Origin: Candidatus Woesearchaeota archaeon
GTDB taxonomy: Archaea; Nanobdellota; Nanobdellia; Woesearchaeales; GW2011-AR4
NCBI GenBank assembly: GCA_016180235.1
Contig: JACPBQ010000004.1
Location: 371,352 to 435,351 of the forward strand
DNA: 64,000 bases
Reading direction: 5' to 3'
A program made the position numbers and the translations under genes. Numbering within the stretch: position 1 is the first letter of the stretch; each line of letters opens with the position of its first letter. Positions 9,705 to 18,383 of the stretch are shown here, piece after piece. Under the pieces are notes generated by a model. The model was not told the DNA's origin, did not search any database, and saw nothing but the letters and a program-made list of their open reading frames with translations.

Positions 9705-10429
9705 AAGGAGTTGTTCTGGCCGGCGGAAAAGGCACTAGATTATACCCTCTCACAAAAGTGACCAACAAGCATCTTTTGCCTATCTATGACGTGCCGATGA
9801 TATATTATCCTATCAAGACCCTTGCTTCGGCAGGGATAAAAGACATCCTGATAGTTGTTGGCGGAGAAAGCCTGGGAGATTTTTTGAAGCTGCTTGGCAG
9901 CGGAAAAGAGCTTGGAGTAACAATAACTTACAGGGTCCAGGACGGGGCTGAAGGCATTGGGGCAGCTTTGCTTCTTGCAAAAGAGTTCGTAGATGGGGAT
10001 AAATTCATGCTTGTCCTCGGTGACAATATCATGGAGGAAAACCTTGCAGAATACGCTAAAAAATTCGAAAAGGGCAGTAATGGATGCCACCTCTTCTTCA
10101 AGAAAGTCCATGATCCGGAAAGATACGGCACTGCAGAAATGCGCGGTAATAAACTAGTTGCTATCCATGAGAAAGTCAAAAATCCTCCAACGGATTTATG
10201 TGTTACCGGAGTTTACCTGTTTGATCCAGAGTGCTTTGACCTGCTGCCAAAGCTTAAGCCTTCCGGCAGGGGAGAGGTGGAGGTAGGAAGCGTCATCCAG
10301 TATTATATAGATAAGGGCAATGTGGCATGGTCCATGCTGAAAGACTACTGGACCGATGCAGGAACGCTCGAATCCTGGTATGATGCAAATACCATGGTAA
10401 GAAATAAGAGAGAAAAAAAGCAAAAATGA
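9701..10429 (+). CDS. rfbA: Glucose-1-phosphate thymidylyltransferase (short form)
   Basis: LAGGKGTRLYPLT..NKHLLPIYD, LGDN, YGTAE, KPSGRGE and WTDAGT; ATG 9701 overlaps the rfbB TGA. Confidence 0.92.
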   Translation: MKGVVLAGGKGTRLYPLTKVTNKHLLPIYDVPMIYYPIKTLASAGIKDILIVVGGESLGDFLKLLGSGKELGVTITYRVQDGAEGIGAALLLAKEFVDGDKFMLVLGDNIMEENLAEYAKKFEKGSNGCHLFFKKVHDPERYGTAEMRGNKLVAIHEKVKNPPTDLCVTGVYLFDPECFDLLPKLKPSGRGEVEVGSVIQYYIDKGNVAWSMLKDYWTDAGTLESWYDANTMVRNKREKKQK

Positions 10430-11364
10430 TGAAAATTGCCAGATACTCAAAAGATAAAAAAAGGGAATGGGATGAATTTATCGCTAAATCAAAGAACGGC
10501 TGGTTCCTCTTTAAGAGGGACTATATGGACTACCATTCAGACAGGTTCAAGGATTTCTCATTGATGTTTTATGATGACAACAAGCTTGTAGCGCTATTGC
10601 CAGCGAATGCCGATAAGGACACTCTTTACTCCCATGAAGGCCTTACTTATGGAGGCATTATTTCTGATGACAGCATGAAAACACCGCTAATGCTGGAGCT
10701 GTTTGATTCCCTCAGGAAATATGCAAAAGAAAATAAAATTAAAAAAATAATATACAAGGCAATACCTTTTATTTACCACAAGCTGCCAGCCCAGGAGGAT
10801 TTATATGCCTTATACCGCAATAATGCCAAGCTAGTAAAAAGAGAGGTTTCATCTACGATATTCCAGGTTGGCAAGCTCGATTTCAACAGGAGGAAGAAGC
10901 GCTATATCGTGGAAGCGCTGGACCGCGGCTTGACTATCAAAGAAACAGGGGATTTTGAAAGCTTTCATAATATTGTCAACCAAACACTAAAGGAAAAATA
11001 TGGAAGAGAGCCGGTTCATTCAGCAGACGAAATGAGTATGCTTGCAAAAAGGTTCCCGGAAAACATAAGCCTTTTCGGATGCTTCAACAAGGGCAAGATT
11101 GTTGGAGGGGCATTAGTCTATGCCACTTCAAGAGTGGCCCATGTGCAGTACCTGTTCTCTTCAAGCGAGGGCAAGAGCCTCGGGGCAAATGACCTTATTG
11201 GAGATTATCTGATAAACAGGAAATATGCTGACCTGCCTTATTTCAACTTTGGCATATCGACAGAGAACAATGGATTGGTGCTGAACGAGCAATTAATCTC
11301 GTTCAAGGAAGAATTCGGGGCAAGAGCCATTGCCATAGACACTTATGAAATCAGTATTAATTAA
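10426..11364 (+). CDS. GNAT/FemAB-like N-acyltransferase associated with amino-sugar clusters
   Basis: WDEFIAKSKNG.FLF.RDYMDYH.DRF, SHEGLTYGG, FNFGIST and FKEEFGAR. Confidence 0.8.
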   Translation: MMKIARYSKDKKREWDEFIAKSKNGWFLFKRDYMDYHSDRFKDFSLMFYDDNKLVALLPANADKDTLYSHEGLTYGGIISDDSMKTPLMLELFDSLRKYAKENKIKKIIYKAIPFIYHKLPAQEDLYALYRNNAKLVKREVSSTIFQVGKLDFNRRKKRYIVEALDRGLTIKETGDFESFHNIVNQTLKEKYGREPVHSADEMSMLAKRFPENISLFGCFNKGKIVGGALVYATSRVAHVQYLFSSSEGKSLGANDLIGDYLINRKYADLPYFNFGISTENNGLVLNEQLISFKEEFGARAIAIDTYEISIN

Positions 11365-11375
11365 AGGTTATTAAA

Positions 11376-12113
11376 ATGCGAAATCTGGATGATTATCAGG
11401 AGCAGTATTCCAACTACCCGTTCGAGCGCTTTCTGGTCAAATACAGAAAATCAAAAGTCATTTCTCAAATAAAAAAATACAAGCATAAAAAAATCCTTGA
11501 CGTGGGATGTGGCTTGGACCCTTTATTCAAGGACTTTGAGGACTTTGACGAGATGGTTGTTCTTGAGCCCGCGCAGAAGTTTTTTGACCTGGCCATAGGG
11601 CTAAGGGGCAAATTAAGGCTAGAATCCAAGGTAAAAATCCTAAAAACAACATTTGAAGACTATAAGTTTAAACCTGGAGATTTTGACATTATACTTTTAA
11701 GCAGCCTGCTCCATGAATTGCCCGAGCCTGAGGCTTTTTTGAAATTAGTCAGCAAGCGCATAGGCAGGAAGACAATTGTCCATATCAATACCCCAAATGC
11801 AAGATCATTCCACCGGCTTTTGGCAGTCGAAATGGGGCTGATAAAGAACGAATATGAAAAATCAAAGAGCCAAATAAGATTCCAGAGAAAATCGGTTTTC
11901 AGCAGCAGAGACATAGAGAAGCTGGCCAAGGACTCTGGCTTGGAGGTGGTTGAAATTGGCACTTATGCCTTCAAGCCATTCACGCATGAACAGCTTCTTC
12001 AGATGCTTAAAGACTCAATAATCAATGAAGGTACAATAGAAGCCATGTTCAGGATGGATAAATTTGCGCCTGAACTGGGGTCTGAAATCTTTGCAGACTT
12101 GAAGAGGAAATAA
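11376..12113 (+). CDS. Class I SAM-dependent methyltransferase
   Basis: ILDVGCG motif I, FDIILLSSLLHE and PNARSFHR. Confidence 0.88.
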   Translation: MRNLDDYQEQYSNYPFERFLVKYRKSKVISQIKKYKHKKILDVGCGLDPLFKDFEDFDEMVVLEPAQKFFDLAIGLRGKLRLESKVKILKTTFEDYKFKPGDFDIILLSSLLHELPEPEAFLKLVSKRIGRKTIVHINTPNARSFHRLLAVEMGLIKNEYEKSKSQIRFQRKSVFSSRDIEKLAKDSGLEVVEIGTYAFKPFTHEQLLQMLKDSIINEGTIEAMFRMDKFAPELGSEIFADLKRK

Positions 12114-12114
12114 A

Positions 12115-13047
12115 ATGATCACCAAAGAAGCTGAAGATAAAAAAGCAAACAATTATGACATTGTGTTCTGCAGCTCGGCCAGGACAGGATTTGAACACCT
12201 TTTGAGAAGCCTAAAATTAGGCAGGAAAAAGATCCTGATGCCTGCATATATTGGCGAGACAGACACGGACGGCTCAGGAGTATTCGAGCCTATACGTAAT
12301 ACAAGGACCGCATATGATTTTTACAGCGTCAGCAGGAAATTGGTTCCTAATATGGACGAAATAGAAAAAAAGCTCAAGACCGGAAATTACGGAGCTTTGT
12401 TTATTATCCATTATTTCGGATTTTCACAGTGTGATCCTGCTGAAGCAAGGGCGCTATGCGATAAATTTGGCGTGATATTCATTGAGGACTGCGCCCATAC
12501 CTGGTGCTCAAAATCAAACCAGAGAAAACTCGGAACATTCGGGCACTTTTCACTTTTCTCAATCCATAAACTGGTTGCGGCAAAAGGAGGAGGTTTTTTG
12601 CTTAAAAACAAGGAATTCAACATGGAGCCATTGGATCAAAGTAAGAAAATATCCCCGGATGACATGCAATTATTTTTCACCAGCAACTGGGAGAAAATCA
12701 ACAAGATCCGGTTGAGGAACTACAATTACCTGCTTGATGCTCTACGCAACGAAAAGCTTATAGAGATAATGTACCCAAAGCTGGAACAGGGAATAATACC
12801 ATTAAATTTTCCGATACTGTTCAAGAAAAACCTAAGGGAGAAAGTTTACTTCCGGATGATCAAAAAAGGAGTCATAACTATTGCGCTGTATTACCGCTTA
12901 ATACCTGAAATCCCAGTTTCAAAATTCCCCGTCTCTGTTGAAATTTCCAATAGTATTCTCAACCTGCCGGTGCACCAGGACATTACTCCTGAAGATTTGA
13001 AGAAAACAGTAAATGCACTCAAAGAATCCTTGAAAGAATTGGGATAG
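12115..13047 (+). CDS. Short, divergent DegT-family PLP aminotransferase
   Basis: IIHYFG, FIEDCAH, FSLFSIHK (PLP Lys) and C-terminal LNLPVHQD; 310 aa. Confidence 0.78.
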   Translation: MITKEAEDKKANNYDIVFCSSARTGFEHLLRSLKLGRKKILMPAYIGETDTDGSGVFEPIRNTRTAYDFYSVSRKLVPNMDEIEKKLKTGNYGALFIIHYFGFSQCDPAEARALCDKFGVIFIEDCAHTWCSKSNQRKLGTFGHFSLFSIHKLVAAKGGGFLLKNKEFNMEPLDQSKKISPDDMQLFFTSNWEKINKIRLRNYNYLLDALRNEKLIEIMYPKLEQGIIPLNFPILFKKNLREKVYFRMIKKGVITIALYYRLIPEIPVSKFPVSVEISNSILNLPVHQDITPEDLKKTVNALKESLKELG

Positions 13048-13085
13048 GGATTGTGTACTTTGGACAATATATTCTGAAATAATAT

Positions 13086-13337
13086 CTAGAGGTGCTTTAG
13101 TATATTCTCACCTTTTTTAGTTTTTTCAAATATCTTATACTTCCTTGCTTTAGGAGTATGACAAACAACTAATCCTTTATTAATTAGGCTTTGCAATGCT
13201 CTTGTTACGTGCGCCTTATCAATTTTAACTTCTTTTTTTAGTTGGGTTGGTATTTTCGGTTGGTTTAATGCCCTCAAAATAAGTTCCCTATATCTACTTC
13301 TCTTGATGAAACTAATTAGTTGCCAATCTGTTGTCAT
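13086..13337 (-). CDS. Small winged-helix DNA-binding protein (ArsR/MarR-like, archaeal type)
   Basis: 83 aa, RSRYRELILRAL..PKIPTQL....IDKAHVTRALQSLINKGLV.C...RKYKIFE.T.KG, a typical wHTH pattern. Confidence 0.82.
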   Translation of the reverse strand: MTTDWQLISFIKRSRYRELILRALNQPKIPTQLKKEVKIDKAHVTRALQSLINKGLVVCHTPKARKYKIFEKTKKGENILKHL

Positions 13338-13338
13338 A

Positions 13339-13396
13339 TAGTTACTTTACATAAACTTTATAAAGAAATTGTTGCCTAATGGTTACATTTAGTTAC
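13339..13396. promoter_or_regulatory. Divergent promoter with palindromic TATA and three GTTAC boxes (candidate operator)
   Basis: ctttataaag palindrome at 13356-13365; tagttac at 13339, tggttac at 13380 and tagttac at 13390. Confidence 0.45.
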
Positions 13397-13410
13397 AAAT
13401 AAATACTAAT

Positions 13411-14199
13411 ATGATAAAAGATTTTTATGAAGAGGTCGAGAGTAGTGGAAGTTCCGTAAAAACAAAAACAGACCTGCAAAATTATGGTGTGAATTATTTA
13501 AATGAATTAAGAAAGAAAGGATTTTCCGCAGAATTAAGTGATATAAACATAAAAATAAAAATTGTTACAAAGTTAGTAAAGAATTCAAAATTTAAAGATA
13601 TTTTAGAAATCGGCTGTGCAGTTAACCCCATGTTTCCATATTTTGATTTCAATTCTTATACAATAGTAGAGCCAAATGGCGTTTTTGTTGAGCAAATAAA
13701 CAAGGATTTGCCTACAAATGTACTAGTCATCCAAAATTTTATAGAAAATATCTCTTTCAAAAAAAAGTTTGATTTAATTATAATGAGCGGCGTTCTTCAT
13801 GAAGTCCAAAATCCTGGTGAGATTCTTCAAACTTTACACAAATTTAGCCATAAAAACACTTTGATTCATATTAACTTGCCTAATGCATTTTCATTTCATA
13901 GAGTATTAGCTTATGAAAGTGGCATCATTAAGAGCATATTCCAAAGTTCCAAATTGGATAAAATTCTTAAAAGACATCAATTTGACAAAAAAAGACTATT
14001 AAATCTGCTTCATAAAAATAATTTTAAAATTATCTCTACTGGAACTTTTCTAACTAAAGTACTAACCAATTCTCAATTAGAAATTTTAATCAATCAAAAG
14101 ATAGTTAGCAAGAAAATTCTAAAAGGTCTAGAAAAAATAAATAAATATATACCGGAATTAGGCTGCTATCTGTTTGCAAATGTTAAAATTAAAACTTAG
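13411..14199 (+). CDS. SAM-dependent methyltransferase, low-GC homologue of 11376..12113
   Basis: ILEIGCA, FDLIIMSGVLHE and INLPNAFSFHRVLA align with the 11376 protein. Confidence 0.82.
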   Translation: MIKDFYEEVESSGSSVKTKTDLQNYGVNYLNELRKKGFSAELSDINIKIKIVTKLVKNSKFKDILEIGCAVNPMFPYFDFNSYTIVEPNGVFVEQINKDLPTNVLVIQNFIENISFKKKFDLIIMSGVLHEVQNPGEILQTLHKFSHKNTLIHINLPNAFSFHRVLAYESGIIKSIFQSSKLDKILKRHQFDKKRLLNLLHKNNFKIISTGTFLTKVLTNSQLEILINQKIVSKKILKGLEKINKYIPELGCYLFANVKIKT

Positions 14200-15263
14200 T
14201 GTTTGATTTTTCTTATTGCTTTATCTAATTCCCCCCCCAGATAAGACCATGTGAGTTTTTTTAACTGACCGGAATAATCAACTTTTTTGATCTTTAACGC
14301 AGCATTAATCTTCTTTGCAATATCCTCTATGTCATTCTGCCTGTACATCAAATTAGGGGTCTTTAAAACGCTTTTATAGTCGCCTATATCGGGGCAAACT
14401 ATAGGCCTGGAGAAGCACATGTACTCAGCCAATCTGAAGCTGGTATAGCCAAATCTTGCAAATTCGTAAGGATATACTATTACCAGTACATCAGCAGCGC
14501 TCAGCAAATCCATCAGTTTTCTATATTCCATAGAGTCAAAGCCGATTACGCTGCTGCCTTCCTTTTCTGCCCTGGATTTATTGCCGTCTCCTATAAGGAG
14601 AAGAGTTGCATTGACATGCTTCATGCTTTTTATCAGGAGATCGATGCTTTTTTCAACAATCCTGTCGCGCCTGCCGGCGTAAGCCACTATGCTGCCTTTG
14701 GGAAGCCTGAACATTTTTCTGGCTTTATTTTTATCAATTGGCCTGCACTTTTCAGGGTTCACGCCATTAGTTATCGATATGATATTTTTGTTTAGACTAT
14801 GATACCTTTCCCCCAATTTTGGGGATGCAGCCACTACGAGGGATGCCTTAATTATAGCTTTCTTCTCTAGCATCTTTACAAAAGGAAATTTATAACTTTT
14901 ATAGAATTCATACATGTCCTGTATTTCGTAAATAAATGGGGTTTTTTGCCTTACAAACCATGCAATTATACCGAAGATAGGGTCAGAACCCGCAAAAATA
15001 GCATCATATCTCTCTTTTTTGATGCTTTTTCTCAGGCTTAGGATGAATGGCAGCGAATTCCATATGCTCAACGGCCTTACAAAAACTTTTATTGCTCCTA
15101 TTCCAGAGTCAAAATGCTGCTTCTTTATGTAATCTGCAGCAAGGAAATGCACAGTATGCCCGAGCTTTTGCAGCTGCTCAGCCAATTTTACCTGCCTCCC
15201 GAAATTATCCCTAACTGCGTCTTTTCCCGAAGTAAATCTTTTTGCGAGAAACAATATTTTCAT
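14196..15263 (-). CDS. GT4 glycosyltransferase
   Basis: GT-B pattern: ITNGVNPE, KSIDLLIKSM, ADVLV, LAEYMCFSRPIVCPDIG. Confidence 0.85.
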   Translation of the reverse strand: MKILFLAKRFTSGKDAVRDNFGRQVKLAEQLQKLGHTVHFLAADYIKKQHFDSGIGAIKVFVRPLSIWNSLPFILSLRKSIKKERYDAIFAGSDPIFGIIAWFVRQKTPFIYEIQDMYEFYKSYKFPFVKMLEKKAIIKASLVVAASPKLGERYHSLNKNIISITNGVNPEKCRPIDKNKARKMFRLPKGSIVAYAGRRDRIVEKSIDLLIKSMKHVNATLLLIGDGNKSRAEKEGSSVIGFDSMEYRKLMDLLSAADVLVIVYPYEFARFGYTSFRLAEYMCFSRPIVCPDIGDYKSVLKTPNLMYRQNDIEDIAKKINAALKIKKVDYSGQLKKLTWSYLGGELDKAIRKIKH

Positions 15264-15277
15264 CTTGACCCTGCTGC

Positions 15278-16237
15278 TTACCAGTATTTTTCCTTATTCC
15301 TGGAATAAAAATCCATTGTTATCTTCAGGCCTTTTTCCAGCGGCATTTTTGGATTCCATCCTGTCAATTTTTTCAGTTTTGCTATGTCTGCCACAAAATC
15401 CCCGGGCTCTATCTGCTTCAGAACCTTTGAATATTCGACTTTTTTAACTTCACTATTGGTCATCCTGCTTATGAGGCTTGCCAGTTCAAGGAATGAGATG
15501 CCTTTTCCAGTGCCCACATTTATCACCTGGCCATCTGTTTTGCCGATGTCCGCGCATCTTATTATTGCATCGCATGCATCCTCAACAAATATATAATCGC
15601 GCAGTATCTTTCCGTCTCCCATGACAGTTATGGGATGCTTGTCCAATGCCTGCATGACAAAATAATTCACCATTCCATAGGCTTTTTTCATCTGGTGCCT
15701 TGGCCCATAAGTATTTACAAGGCGCAATATCGTGAAATTTATCCCGTACAGGTTTGAGTACATTCCTATTATCTTTTCTGCAGCAAGGCTCGTGATGGCA
15801 TACATTCCCTTCGGATTAGTAGGCATCTCCTCATTTACGGGAATTTTTTTAACTTCGCCATATACGGACCTTGTGCTGCTGAATATTATCTTTGCATCAG
15901 GATTATTTTTCCTGCATGCTTCAAGAAGAGAAATAGTCCCGTTGATCCTCAAGCCAACATCCTCCATCGGGTTTTCTATGCTTCTCTTATGGTCTACCTG
16001 GCCGGCAAGGTGGAATATAACATCTTTGTTCCTGACAGCATCATTTATTGCCTTTTCATCCCTTATGTCTTTCTTGATTACTTTTACTTTATCTTTTATC
16101 TCCAGGATGTTGAAATCATTGCCTCCAAGGCCAGGCACCATGGAGTCTATTATGGCAACTTCATTGTTCTGGGAAACCAGCTTATGGGCAAGATTGCTAC
16201 CTATAAAGCCCATGCCTCCGGTGATTAAAGCTTTCAT
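15278..16237 (-). CDS. NAD-dependent epimerase/dehydratase with an atypical active site (YAITS)
   Basis: ITGGMGFIGSNL, SSTRSVYG and RLVNTYGPR; start placed at MKALITGG. Confidence 0.88.
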   Translation of the reverse strand: MKALITGGMGFIGSNLAHKLVSQNNEVAIIDSMVPGLGGNDFNILEIKDKVKVIKKDIRDEKAINDAVRNKDVIFHLAGQVDHKRSIENPMEDVGLRINGTISLLEACRKNNPDAKIIFSSTRSVYGEVKKIPVNEEMPTNPKGMYAITSLAAEKIIGMYSNLYGINFTILRLVNTYGPRHQMKKAYGMVNYFVMQALDKHPITVMGDGKILRDYIFVEDACDAIIRCADIGKTDGQVINVGTGKGISFLELASLISRMTNSEVKKVEYSKVLKQIEPGDFVADIAKLKKLTGWNPKMPLEKGLKITMDFYSRNKEKYW

Positions 16238-16322
16238 GTTTAGACCCAACAAACCCAAGAGTATTTAAAAAGATTGCCTATGCGGGTAAAGTCAAATCAA
16301 ATGTGTTGCAAATTTTCAATCT

Positions 16323-16385
16323 GCCTTCGGCAAATTCTAGTGCGAGGCGTCGCTGTCTCTCCACATCGCTCCGCCTCGCTAATTC
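16323..16385 (+). repeat. Intergenic hairpin repeat, family copy B
   Basis: gccttcggc-aaattc-tagt-gcgaggcg-tcgctgtctc...cgctc-cgcctcgc-taattc; 8-bp perfect stem. Confidence 0.7.
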
Positions 16386-16434
16386 ATTATACGGCCTTTT
16401 TTACTTAAGCTGAAAAGACCCAGAATCAGCTATA

Positions 16435-16442
16435 TTTATAAA
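16435..16442 (+). promoter_or_regulatory. TATA box of the GT4 gene at 16465
   Basis: tttataaa starts 30 nt upstream of the ATG. Confidence 0.6.
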
Positions 16443-16464
16443 ATATGAGCAAATCTTTACACTC

Positions 16465-17634
16465 ATGAGAATCTGCATATTATGCACCTCTTACCCAAGG
16501 TCAAAAAACGACCACTGGGTGCCGTTCATGCACTCTTTGGCAAAAGAGCTGGCAAAAACAGAGGATGTAACGGTTGTGGCTTCCGGAGATGCTACCACAA
16601 AGAGCTATGAAGTAAGGGATAAAGTCAAAATACACAGATTTAATTATTTCTATCCAAAAAAACTCCAGAAGCTTACATATACGGGGGGAATGAGGGAGAG
16701 CTTCGGCAAGGGCTTTCTGGCCAAGATGCAGGCCCCATTTTTCATGCTCGCTTTTTTGACCAAATCACTAAAAATAGGGAAGAACTGCGATGTTGTTAAT
16801 GCGCACTGGACTTTGTCAGGATTGGCAGCCTTGCCCCTGAAAATGTTCTATAAGAAGCCCATTGTGCTGACAGAGCATGGCGGAAGCATAAGAGGGCTTC
16901 CTAGATGGCTCAATAGATTTGTTTTCAGGAGAATGGACATCATCACTTCCGCGCATAATGACCTGATAGAAGAAATGAAAAAAATGGGGATAAAAAATAT
17001 TGCTGATGCCAGGAACTTTCTTGACGAGGAAAAATTCCTGAGAAAGCATGATAAAAACGCAATAAGGAAGGAGCTTGGAATAAAGGAAAAAAACATTGTT
17101 ACTTTTATCGGAAGATTTGAGGACATGAAAGACCCATTGAATTTTGTAGAATCAATCCCGCATGCAATCAAAAAAACAAAAGATGTTAAATTCATAATTA
17201 TTGGTGACGGGCATTTAAGGGGAGATATTGCGAATAAAATAAAGTCATTAAAAATCGGAAAAAATGTCATCTTGCCAGGCCCAAATTCAGAAATCGGCAA
17301 ATACCTTTCTGTTTCGGATATTTTTGTTGCGTGCAGCAAAATTGAAAACTGCTTCAGCACCACAATTCTAGAGGCTATGCTTTCTAAAGTGCCCTGCATC
17401 ATAACAAAGGCCGGGCAAACAGAGAAATATTTTATCCATAACAAGTATGCTTATCTTGTGGAAAAACAGAATCCAAAAGCGCTTGGGGAAGCTATCGCTT
17501 ACCTCCTGAAAAACACAGGCGTGAGGAAAAAATTAGCATCAAACGGCATGGATTTTCTCGAGAAATACAGATTCAGGAAAAATGCGATAAGAAATAAGAT
17601 GATGGGCGCATTCAATAAAGCAATAAATCGCTGA
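16465..17634 (+). CDS. GT4 glycosyltransferase
   Basis: VVNAHW, TEHGG, FIGRFEDMKD, IIGDG and ILEAMLSKVPCI. Confidence 0.9.
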   Translation: MRICILCTSYPRSKNDHWVPFMHSLAKELAKTEDVTVVASGDATTKSYEVRDKVKIHRFNYFYPKKLQKLTYTGGMRESFGKGFLAKMQAPFFMLAFLTKSLKIGKNCDVVNAHWTLSGLAALPLKMFYKKPIVLTEHGGSIRGLPRWLNRFVFRRMDIITSAHNDLIEEMKKMGIKNIADARNFLDEEKFLRKHDKNAIRKELGIKEKNIVTFIGRFEDMKDPLNFVESIPHAIKKTKDVKFIIIGDGHLRGDIANKIKSLKIGKNVILPGPNSEIGKYLSVSDIFVACSKIENCFSTTILEAMLSKVPCIITKAGQTEKYFIHNKYAYLVEKQNPKALGEAIAYLLKNTGVRKKLASNGMDFLEKYRFRKNAIRNKMMGAFNKAINR

Positions 17635-17636
17635 AA

Positions 17637-18383
17637 CTATGCTATCCTGTATTTTTTCCTCAATTCCTCATTAACCTGATTAAGGGTCTTTATCCTGAAT
17701 CCATCTCTTGTAAGAAAATATTCCTGTATGGTTTTTCCCCATTTTTTGAATGGAGTCGGATGAGTAAGGACTATGACCAAACCGTTTGTTTTCCTTCCGA
17801 TATCCACAATATCCTTATACAAGCTTTTTATGTTATTTCCCTTGTTCCTGTATAGGTTGATGAACTCTATCTCGGGAAAATGAGGGTATTCTATAAGGCC
17901 CAAGTCTGTAAGGAACGGCCTGAACAATGTAAGCTTTGTCCAGTTGTCATAGCTCGAATCTGCCTTGAAATGGCCTTTCAAAAGCCTTAGGTCAGGAAGA
18001 TGATATTGGTGCGCCCTTACTATCCCTGTTTTCCTGCCTATTAAATCATCTATCAGCTTTTTCTCCTTCAAAACTTTATCCATATTGCTGCCTATGAAAT
18101 TTGCATGGTACTGGAAGTCCCATTGGGAATGCGAGTTTATCCACTTTTTTGACGGATGTGACATCGCAAGAAGGAACATGGTTGATTTTATGCCATATTT
18201 CCTTTCCATATCAACAATAGCGTCAATATTCGGCTCATAACCCTCGTCTATGTCATGGGTAAAGACCATTGTAGGCTCATTTAACGCTAAAGTTTCCCTG
18301 TAATGGTCAAGGTACTTTGTTTTGGCATAATTTTTCCTCAGCCTTCTTATTGTGGCCGCAGCAAGGTAATGGAAATATTTCAT
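17637..18383 (-). CDS. Polysaccharide deacetylase-like protein (NodB/CE4-like fold)
   Basis: FTHDIDE, TMFLL, QYHA, VRAHQY, DSSY and VLTHP. Confidence 0.65.
   Translation of the reverse strand: MKYFHYLAAATIRRLRKNYAKTKYLDHYRETLALNEPTMVFTHDIDEGYEPNIDAIVDMERKYGIKSTMFLLAMSHPSKKWINSHSQWDFQYHANFIGSNMDKVLKEKKLIDDLIGRKTGIVRAHQYHLPDLRLLKGHFKADSSYDNWTKLTLFRPFLTDLGLIEYPHFPEIEFINLYRNKGNNIKSLYKDIVDIGRKTNGLVIVLTHPTPFKKWGKTIQEYFLTRDGFRIKTLNQVNEELRKKYRIA

Noticed and set aside
14231-14238. C8 (G8 on the coding strand) tract in the GT4 as a phase-variation site; also A8-A9 runs elsewhere
   Set aside because: It lies about 11 codons from the stop, so slippage would change little. A-runs are expected in Lys-rich, AT-rich genes, and all frames are intact.
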